Under the pieces are notes generated by a model. It saw only the letters and a list, made by a program, of their open reading frames with translations, was not told where the DNA came from and made no database searches. A stretch of DNA of 24,000 nt from contig NZ_LT700189.1 in assembly GCF_900155425.1 (NCBI RefSeq), positions 465,787-489,786 of the forward strand, read 5' to 3'. The position numbers were made by a program, and so were the translations under genes. This stretch comes from Parabacteroides massiliensis (lineage in GTDB: Bacteria > Bacteroidota > Bacteroidia > Bacteroidales > Tannerellaceae). Shown here piece after piece: positions 15,003 to 21,865 of the stretch (position 1 is its first letter; the number at the start of each line of letters is the position of its first letter).

Positions 15003-16094
15003 ATGAAAAGTCCTTTGGTCGCTTTTGTTAGAAAGGAATTTATCCACATCTTCCGTGACAAGCGGACGATGATGATCCTGTTGTTGATGCCTGTCGTCCT
15101 GATCATCCTCTTCGGCTATGCCATTACGACGGAGATCAAGTGTGTGCCTATCGCAATCCTGGACCAGAGCCGGGACGAGGTGACGCAGAAGATGATTTCC
15201 CATTTTGTCGCCAGCGAGTATTTCGAGCTCTATAAGATGATCGATAACGTAGAAGAGGGCCGGGCCCTTTTCCGTCAGGGTAAAGTCCGGATGGTTTTAA
15301 TAGTTGAAAGGGGAAAGGTGAAAGGTGAAAGCGAAATCCAGCTATTGGTCGACGCGACCGATCCGAACGAAGCGACGCAGCTATCTGCGTATGCTACGCA
15401 GATAGCAGTTGAGCAACTTTCACCTTTCACCTTTCACCTTTCAACTGGCAAAGGAATTGTGCCGGTAATTTCTTTGCTCTACAACCCCCAGCTTCGTGGG
15501 GCGTACAACTTCGTGCCCGGTGTCATGGGGCTGATCCTGATTCTGATCTGTGCCATGATGACCTCCGTCGGGATCGTGAAGGAGAAAGAGATAGGGACGA
15601 TGGAAGTGCTTCTCGTTTCTCCGCTGAAGCCGGTCTATATCATTCTGGCCAAAGCGACTCCCTATCTGTTGTTGAGCTTAGTGAATATAGCCACCATACT
15701 GGCTTTGTCGTACTTCCTTCTGGATGTGCCGATCAACGGCAGCCTGTTGCTGTTAGTGGGCGTTTCCGTCCTCTACGCCTTGGTGGCGTTGTGCCTGGGG
15801 TTGTTGATCTCGACGATAGCCGACACCCAGCAGGCCGCCATGCTGATCAGTGCCGTTGTCCTGATGCTGCCCGTCATATTGCTTAGCGGGATGGTGTTCC
15901 CGATCGAGAATATGCCGGAGATACTGCAAGTCATATCCAATATCGTACCGGCCAAATGGTATATCATCGCCGTGAAAGATATCATGATTAAAGGCCTGGG
16001 CCTCGGTTCCGTCCTGCAGGAAATAGGCATACTGTCCCTGATGGTTGTCGTGCTGATAGGCTTGAGTGTGAAACGTTTTAAAATACGATTATGA
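15003..16094 (+). CDS. ABC-2 type transporter permease (YbhS/YbhR-like)
   Basis: N-terminal TM helix, a large extracytoplasmic loop with 'LLVDATDPNEA', then about 5 C-terminal TM helices. It is a paralogue of the next gene. Confidence 0.85.
   Translation: MKSPLVAFVRKEFIHIFRDKRTMMILLLMPVVLIILFGYAITTEIKCVPIAILDQSRDEVTQKMISHFVASEYFELYKMIDNVEEGRALFRQGKVRMVLIVERGKVKGESEIQLLVDATDPNEATQLSAYATQIAVEQLSPFTFHLSTGKGIVPVISLLYNPQLRGAYNFVPGVMGLILILICAMMTSVGIVKEKEIGTMEVLLVSPLKPVYIILAKATPYLLLSLVNIATILALSYFLLDVPINGSLLLLVGVSVLYALVALCLGLLISTIADTQQAAMLISAVVLMLPVILLSGMVFPIENMPEILQVISNIVPAKWYIIAVKDIMIKGLGLGSVLQEIGILSLMVVVLIGLSVKRFKIRL
15303..15445. repeat. Intragenic inverted repeat: 29-bp arms (28/29 match) of (GAAAGGT)n flanking 85 bp that contains a nested 11-bp perfect hairpin
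   Basis: The left arm is GTTGAAAGGGGAAAGGTGAAAGGTGAAAG (15303-15331). The right arm is CTTTCACCTTTCACCTTTCACCTTTCAAC (15417-15445). The nested hairpin pairs GCTATCTGCGT (15380-15390) with ACGCAGATAGC (15396-15406). Confidence 0.9.
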
Positions 16095-17194
16095 TGAGGA
16101 TGCTGAAATACTTATTGGAGAAGGAGTTCAAACAGATCAAGCGGGACCGGTTCCTGCCCCGTATCATCTTCCTTTTGCCGGTCATACAGTTGATGGTTCT
16201 TCCTTTTGCCGCTAATTTCGAGATGCGGAATATCAATCTGAGCATCGTCGACAACGACCATTCCGTCCTTTCCCGCAGGCTGACGGACAAGGTCCTGTCT
16301 TCCGGCTACTTCCGCCTGGCGGATGTCTCGCCCCGCTACGACGAGGCTTTGGTTTCCATCGAAAGCAATGCCGCCGATATCATCCTTGAGATACCGTCCC
16401 GTTTCGAAGAACGGTTGGGGCGGGAGGGAACGGCCGAGCTTCTGATAGCCGCCAATGCTGTGAACGGGACGAAAGGAGGGATAGGCAGTTCCTACCTCGC
16501 GTCCATCATCCAGGATTTCAATCAGGAGAAAAACCTTTTGCCCGTATCGGCCGGTGGAGGAGACGGAATCCGTGTCACGAACCTGTTCAATCCGCATCTG
16601 AATTATAAGAACTACATGGTTCCCGGTATCATGGCATTCCTGCTGACGCTTATCGGCGGTTTCCTTTCCGCCCTGAACATCGTGAGCGAAAAGGAGAAAG
16701 GGACGATCGAACAGATCAACGTGACGCCTGTCCCGAAAGCCCTGTTCCTGCTCTCCAAGCTGATCCCGTTCTGGATTATCGGGCTGATCCTGCTCACGAT
16801 AGGCACCTGTATCGCCTGGTTGGTCTACGGATTGCTGCCGGTAGGCAATATGGGGATCATCTATCTGTTTGCGGCTGTCTACCTGATGGCGTTCACCGGT
16901 TTCGGCCTGGCTATCTCGTCCGTCTCGTCCACCCAGCAGCAGGCCATGTTTACGGCTTTCTTTTTTATGATTATATTTGTCCTCCTGAGCGGAATGTTTA
17001 CCCCCGTCAGCAGTATGCCGGTCTGGGCACAGGAACTGACGCGTTTCAATCCGCTCCGCTATCTGGTCGAAGTGATGCGGATGGTTTATCTGAAAGGCAG
17101 CACTTTGTCAGACCTCACCGGCCACTTCATAGCTGTTTGCCTGTTCGCCCTGTTCTTTAACATATTGGCTATCGTCAGCTATAAGAAGAGTTGA
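16091..17194 (+). CDS. ABC-2 type transporter permease (YbhR/YbhS-like)
   Basis: ATGA overlap with the upstream gene (16091-16094). Same topology pattern as its paralogue. Confidence 0.85.
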   Translation: MMRMLKYLLEKEFKQIKRDRFLPRIIFLLPVIQLMVLPFAANFEMRNINLSIVDNDHSVLSRRLTDKVLSSGYFRLADVSPRYDEALVSIESNAADIILEIPSRFEERLGREGTAELLIAANAVNGTKGGIGSSYLASIIQDFNQEKNLLPVSAGGGDGIRVTNLFNPHLNYKNYMVPGIMAFLLTLIGGFLSALNIVSEKEKGTIEQINVTPVPKALFLLSKLIPFWIIGLILLTIGTCIAWLVYGLLPVGNMGIIYLFAAVYLMAFTGFGLAISSVSSTQQQAMFTAFFFMIIFVLLSGMFTPVSSMPVWAQELTRFNPLRYLVEVMRMVYLKGSTLSDLTGHFIAVCLFALFFNILAIVSYKKS

Positions 17195-17254
17195 AAGGTG
17201 AAAGTGAAAATGCAAATAGCAACGCGAAGCAACTTTCAACTTTCACCTTTCAAC
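17190..17254. repeat. Operon-terminal hairpin of the GAAAGGT family (16-bp perfect stem, about 33-nt loop); possible terminator
   Basis: GTTGAAAGGTGAAAGT (17190-17205) pairs with ACTTTCACCTTTCAAC (17239-17254). The left arm contains the permease stop TGA (17192-17194). There is no T-run after the stem. Confidence 0.7.
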
Positions 17255-17323
17255 TATAATGTGTTTTACGACATACTTAACCAATTTTTACAAACATTCT
17301 GCCATTCTTTCTTCATACTCTTT

Positions 17324-17331
17324 TATATTTG
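17324..17331 (+). promoter_or_regulatory. Candidate -7 box TATATTTG for the IclR-led cluster
   Basis: Exact TAnnTTTG match 28 nt upstream of ATG 17359. Confidence 0.35.
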
Positions 17332-17358
17332 ATCCAAATCTGAAACAATATTTCAAAT

Positions 17359-18177
17359 ATGAAAAGCGTTGTTCCAAATATGGAAAAAGCAGAAGAGAAC
17401 TACAAGGTCCCGAATCTCGAAAAAGGGATTGCCGTACTTGAGTACTTGTCGCTTCGCACCCAGGGTGAGACGCTTCAGGAAATCAAGTCGGATCTTGATA
17501 TATCCCAAACTACGGCCTATCGTATTTTGAATACGTTGGTGCGTTTGGACTATTTGATTTATAATGAAGATACAAAACGATACAAGTTGTCCCGCAAATT
17601 ACTAACTTTGGGGTTCAGATCGTTGAATGAGCACAATTTGCTGGAAACGGTTCTGCCTCGTTTGCGTGATTTGCGCGATCAGGTGAAAGAGACAGCTTGT
17701 TTCGGCGTGTTGGGAGACCGGAAAGGTATCTTTATCGAGCAGGCCCAGGGACATCATACGTTCCGTTTTGTCCTCTCGCCGGGGAAATCTTTCGATTTGC
17801 ATTGTTCGGCCCCGGGAAAGGCTATCATGGCTTATCTGCCGAATACAGTCCGGGACCGGTATTTGTCTTATATGGAGTTTACACGCTACAACGCCCGGAC
17901 TATTACTACACGTGATGCTTATCTGGAGGAACTTGAGAGAGTCCGGAAATTGGGCTATGCCTTGGATAATGAGGAAGAGTTGAACGGTGTGATTTGCATT
18001 GGGACGCCTATCTTTAATTATACGGGCTATCCTTGTGGGGCAATCTGGATTTCCGGCCCGAAGGACCGGCTGTCGAAAGAGGTCGTACGGACTTCGGCCG
18101 ATTGCATAAAGAAAGTGGCTCAGACGATATCTCTTGAGTTAGGATATATAAAGCAAAAAAAATATAATATACCATGA
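17359..18177 (+). CDS. IclR-family transcriptional regulator
   Basis: N-terminal winged HTH 'LEKGIAVLEYLS...ETLQEIKSDLDISQTTAYRILNTLVRLDYL', followed by an IclR effector-domain pattern ('HCSAPGKAIMAY', 'GYALDNEEELNGVICIGTPI'). Confidence 0.8.
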   Translation: MKSVVPNMEKAEENYKVPNLEKGIAVLEYLSLRTQGETLQEIKSDLDISQTTAYRILNTLVRLDYLIYNEDTKRYKLSRKLLTLGFRSLNEHNLLETVLPRLRDLRDQVKETACFGVLGDRKGIFIEQAQGHHTFRFVLSPGKSFDLHCSAPGKAIMAYLPNTVRDRYLSYMEFTRYNARTITTRDAYLEELERVRKLGYALDNEEELNGVICIGTPIFNYTGYPCGAIWISGPKDRLSKEVVRTSADCIKKVAQTISLELGYIKQKKYNIP

Positions 18178-19949
18178 AAACACGAAAATACATGTTTAAA
18201 AACTCTCTGGTGGCTTGTTTTGCCTGCTGTTGCATCTCCTTTGCTTCAGCAGGCAACCCACCGTTCTTCCCGACTGATGTCGCGACGAATGCGAAAGGTG
18301 AGTTGTTGATGACAGATAAAGGCGTTAAGCGTGTTGACGTTTTTTCGCCTGACGGCAAAGCGTTGTTGCGTTCTTTCCCGATGGACGAAGCGCCCACGGG
18401 TATCCTCGTGGATGGCGACAAGGCGTATGTGACGACATTCGGAACGACAGGCCACTTACAGATCCTGTCGCTCGAATCGGGCAGGGTGGAGGCTTCCATT
18501 CCGACCGGTTCGGGAGCATGCCATCCGATGTTCGGTCCGGACAAGAAACATATATATGTATGCAATCAGTTCCAGACCACCATTTCCGAAGTCGATCCGG
18601 TTGCGCGGAAGGTGGTGCGTACGGTAAAGGTCTTGCGCGAACCGAAGTCTGCCGTGTTCAGCAAAGATGGCAAATACATGTTCGTAACGAACTTCCTGCC
18701 GGCCCAACGGGCAGACCTCGATTATGTGGCTGCCTGCGTATCCGTGATCGAGATGGATGGCTTCACGAAGGTGAAAGACATCCGGCTGGCAAACGGCAGC
18801 AATGCCCTCCGTGGAATTTGTATCACTCCCGACGGCAAGTATATATATGTATCGCACAACTTAGGACGTTTCACCGTTCCTACATCGCAGTTGCAGCAGG
18901 GATGGATGAACACGAGCGCATTCAGCGTGATCGATGTCGAGAAGCAGGACTTCCTGGGAGCCATCGTCGTGGATGAACCCGAACGTGGTGCAGCTGGTAT
19001 CTGGAGCATTGCCTGCAATGACGAGTCCGTTTTCATCTCCCATTCGGGAACACACGAAGTCAGCGTGATCGACCATAAGGCGATGTTGGAGAAATTCCTG
19101 AACTATCCCAATAAGGCGATGCTGGATTACGACTTGACTTTTCTCTACGGCCTTCGCGAACGTGTCCCCTTGGAAGGAAACGGCCCTCGCAGCATGATCC
19201 TGGACGGTGACAAGCTGATAATCCCGACCTACTTTGCCGATGTCCTGAACATAATGGATATCAACACGAACGGAGTGACAGCGGTCGAGCTGAATCCCGG
19301 ACGCGAGGAGACAGCCGAAAACAAAGGCGAACGCTACTTTAACGATGCTTCGCACTGCTTCCAGAACTGGCAGAGTTGTAACGGCTGCCACCCCGGAGAT
19401 GCCCGTACGGACGGCATGAACTGGGACTTGATGAACGACGGTGTCGGCAATTCCAAGAACTGCAAGAGCCTGCTCTTTAGCCATGTGACTCCTCCCAACA
19501 TGATTTCCGGTATCCGTGAACATGCGGAACGGGCTGTGCGGGCCGGCTTTAACTTCATCCAGTTCTATGACGTCTCCGAAGAAGACGCCGTTTGTGTGGA
19601 TGCCTATTTGAAATCGCTTCGCCCCGTGCCCAGTCCTTATCTGGTGAACGGCGAGCTGTCCGATTTGGCAAAGGAAGGGCAGAAGGTTTTTGAAAAGCTG
19701 AAATGCGGGGAATGCCATAGCGGTGTTTACTATACGGACATGAAATACCACCGTATAGGCGAAGATATCGAGTTCGAAAAAGGCTGGGACACCCCGACTT
19801 TGCGCGAAGTATGGCGTACGGCTCCTTATCTGTTCGACGGGCGTGCAGCCACCATGAAAGAAGTGTTCAGCGTCCATAAACACGGCATCGAAAAGAAAGT
19901 TTCAGAGAAAGATATCGAAGCATTAACCGAATATGTGAACTCTTTATGA
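18174..19949 (+). CDS. Secreted beta-propeller (YVTN/YncE-like repeats) fused to a di-haem cytochrome c peroxidase/MauG-family domain
   Basis: Signal peptide 'MKTRKYMFKNSLVACFACCCISFASA'. Repeated 'DGK.(Y/L).V(T/S)' propeller motifs. Haem sites CNGCH (19377-19391) and CGECH (19704-19718). The CCP hallmark 'WDTPTLREVWRTAPYLFDG'. ATGA overlap with the IclR gene. Confidence 0.7.
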   Translation: MKTRKYMFKNSLVACFACCCISFASAGNPPFFPTDVATNAKGELLMTDKGVKRVDVFSPDGKALLRSFPMDEAPTGILVDGDKAYVTTFGTTGHLQILSLESGRVEASIPTGSGACHPMFGPDKKHIYVCNQFQTTISEVDPVARKVVRTVKVLREPKSAVFSKDGKYMFVTNFLPAQRADLDYVAACVSVIEMDGFTKVKDIRLANGSNALRGICITPDGKYIYVSHNLGRFTVPTSQLQQGWMNTSAFSVIDVEKQDFLGAIVVDEPERGAAGIWSIACNDESVFISHSGTHEVSVIDHKAMLEKFLNYPNKAMLDYDLTFLYGLRERVPLEGNGPRSMILDGDKLIIPTYFADVLNIMDINTNGVTAVELNPGREETAENKGERYFNDASHCFQNWQSCNGCHPGDARTDGMNWDLMNDGVGNSKNCKSLLFSHVTPPNMISGIREHAERAVRAGFNFIQFYDVSEEDAVCVDAYLKSLRPVPSPYLVNGELSDLAKEGQKVFEKLKCGECHSGVYYTDMKYHRIGEDIEFEKGWDTPTLREVWRTAPYLFDGRAATMKEVFSVHKHGIEKKVSEKDIEALTEYVNSL

Positions 19950-21040
19950 ATTATTGCGATAAAATACATTACAATATCTATACGACCGGACTGGCAGCCT
20001 TCGACAAGATGGTAGACGCCCTGCTGGCGCAGTTGCCCCAAGACGAGCAGATTCTCCGTTTGGCCTTCTTCGGCATGCCGAACGACAACGAACAGTATGT
20101 CGCCCGCCGCATCATACTGCGCGAGAAGATCCGTAAGTTCTACGGGAATCACGAGCCGGTGCTGAGCTACGTTTCCCAACCGCCTCTGAATGCAGGGTTG
20201 ATCCTGGAGGTCCATAGCTACAAAGCGGATGAAGGCGATCATATCACCTTCCGCCGCCACGAAGGTTTCCCGTATGTCGTGCTGGAGAATGCCGACGGCC
20301 GTTTTCTCTTTGCCGGCGGTTTCCACGGCGATGTGATCAACTTCGGTATCCAGCAACAGTCGAACGAAGTCTTTGGCATGATAGGAGAGGTGATGCGCCG
20401 GGAAGGTTTCCCCGTCAACAGCATCATCCGCCAGTGGAACTACATCGAGCAGATCACCCGCTTCGACGGGCCTGACCAGCATTACCAGATGTTCAACAAC
20501 GCCCGTGCCGATTTCTACGGAAGGACAAACTGGAACAATGGCTATCCTGCCGCTACCGGTATCGGGGCTAACCTGGGAGGCATACTGGTCGACTTGGATG
20601 CGGCTGTGTTTGCCCGTCCCGGATGCTATGCCACCCCGATCGACAACAAGTTGCAGATAGCCGCCCATGCCTATTCGGACCAGGTCCTCGAAGCCGCCCA
20701 ACAGAAGAAAGCGACACCGAAGTTCGAACGGGCCAAGAGCATGACCTTCGACGACCGGCGGATCGTCTACATATCCGGTACGGCCGCTATCCGCGGAGAA
20801 GAAAGCCTAGTAGGCGTAGGCCTCGGACGCCAGCTCCATATCACGATGGAAAACATCGGCCAGCTGATCGGCAAGGCGAAACTGAAAATGCTGCGTGTCT
20901 ATCTGAAAGAGAAATCCTTCTACGAAGAGGCGCGGCAGTTGCTCGAAGGATATAACCTGGACATTCCCATATCTTATATGTGGGCGGATGTGTGCCGGGA
21001 TGAGCTGTTGATCGAAATAGAAGGAATCGCCATCGAATAA
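19946..21040 (+). CDS. FkbO/Hyg5/XanB2-like chorismatase (RidA/YjgF-fold chorismate-transforming enzyme), tentative
   Basis: 'RQWNYIEQI...YQMFNNARADF...YPAATGIG' and 'PKFERAKSM...VYISGTAAIRGEES...LHITMENIGQLI' match the motif pattern I recall for this family. No signal peptide. ATGA overlap with the upstream gene. Confidence 0.5.
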   Translation: MNYCDKIHYNIYTTGLAAFDKMVDALLAQLPQDEQILRLAFFGMPNDNEQYVARRIILREKIRKFYGNHEPVLSYVSQPPLNAGLILEVHSYKADEGDHITFRRHEGFPYVVLENADGRFLFAGGFHGDVINFGIQQQSNEVFGMIGEVMRREGFPVNSIIRQWNYIEQITRFDGPDQHYQMFNNARADFYGRTNWNNGYPAATGIGANLGGILVDLDAAVFARPGCYATPIDNKLQIAAHAYSDQVLEAAQQKKATPKFERAKSMTFDDRRIVYISGTAAIRGEESLVGVGLGRQLHITMENIGQLIGKAKLKMLRVYLKEKSFYEEARQLLEGYNLDIPISYMWADVCRDELLIEIEGIAIE

Positions 21041-21077
21041 GAACAAATATTACTAACTAAATAAACAAGAGAAAAAA

Positions 21078-21836
21078 ATGAAAAAGAATTTGATGAAATC
21101 AGTCGCTATGGGAGCGCTTTTGCTTTCTATGGCTGCATGTTGCGGTAAGACATCTACCGGCGAATCTTCCTGCTGCTCGTCTGCAGGCGAAGGAGAATGC
21201 ACCGAACAGTGCGGTGGCAACAATAAGGGTTGTAACAACAATGCTAACTGTAAAAATAATAAAGAAATGAAGTATTCAAAGAAGTACACGAATGCCGACT
21301 TCTACAAAGACGGCAAGTTCCAACAGGATGTTGCTATTGAAGCAATGAAAGACATGTTCGCGTTTTACGATGTTCCTTTCACCGAACTGATGGCTAAGGA
21401 CATGTGGGTGACAGATTTCGGTCTGGGCGATTTTGAAAACGTAGGTATGGGTGGTATCTTCTGGATCAACGATCCTGAATATGGCTACTTCGCTCACGCC
21501 ATCTACCTGCTTCCGGGACAGATGATCCCCGAACATGCACATGTAAAGACTAAATTCCCGGCTAAACATGAATCCTGGATGGTTGAAAAGGGATGGGTAT
21601 ACAACTTCTCTGAAATTGGCGACGAGACTCCTAATGCTCCTGCCATTCCTGCTACTCACGGTGCGATCAAGAGCAAAAACTTCGTCGTACAGCATGTAGG
21701 TGATGTTCTTCGCTTGAAAAAATTGGAATCATTCCACTTTATGATGGCTGGTCCTGAAGGTGCTATTGTTGATGAATGGGCATGCTACCATGATAATGAT
21801 GGCTTGCGTTTCACCAACACAAAAGCTGCGTTATAA
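21078..21836 (+). CDS. Lipoprotein cupin of the D-lyxose/D-mannose isomerase (YdaE-like) type with a Cys-rich N-terminal tail
   Basis: Lipobox 'LLLSMAAC'. 'VTDFGLGDFE' and 'LLPGQMIPEHAH' parallel the YdaE 'ADFGLGDLE' and 'LFPGQTCPEHRH'. There are 8 Cys between residues 21 and 58. Confidence 0.5.
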   Translation: MKKNLMKSVAMGALLLSMAACCGKTSTGESSCCSSAGEGECTEQCGGNNKGCNNNANCKNNKEMKYSKKYTNADFYKDGKFQQDVAIEAMKDMFAFYDVPFTELMAKDMWVTDFGLGDFENVGMGGIFWINDPEYGYFAHAIYLLPGQMIPEHAHVKTKFPAKHESWMVEKGWVYNFSEIGDETPNAPAIPATHGAIKSKNFVVQHVGDVLRLKKLESFHFMMAGPEGAIVDEWACYHDNDGLRFTNTKAAL

Positions 21837-21865
21837 TTAAGTAATAACACCTTATAATTTATTAC

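Noticed and set aside
12432-15203. Long minus-strand ORFs (12432..13295, 13285..14172, 14082..15203) opposite the HlyD and ABC ATPase genes
   Set aside because: The + strand products carry a lipobox and Walker A/B/signature motifs. The antisense ORFs have no motifs and overlap one another implausibly.
18861-20701. Minus-strand ORFs 18861..19883 (340 aa) and 19826..20701 (291 aa)
   Set aside because: They are antisense to the CCP/MauG-type and chorismatase-like genes, which show conserved motifs and ATGA coupling on the + strand.
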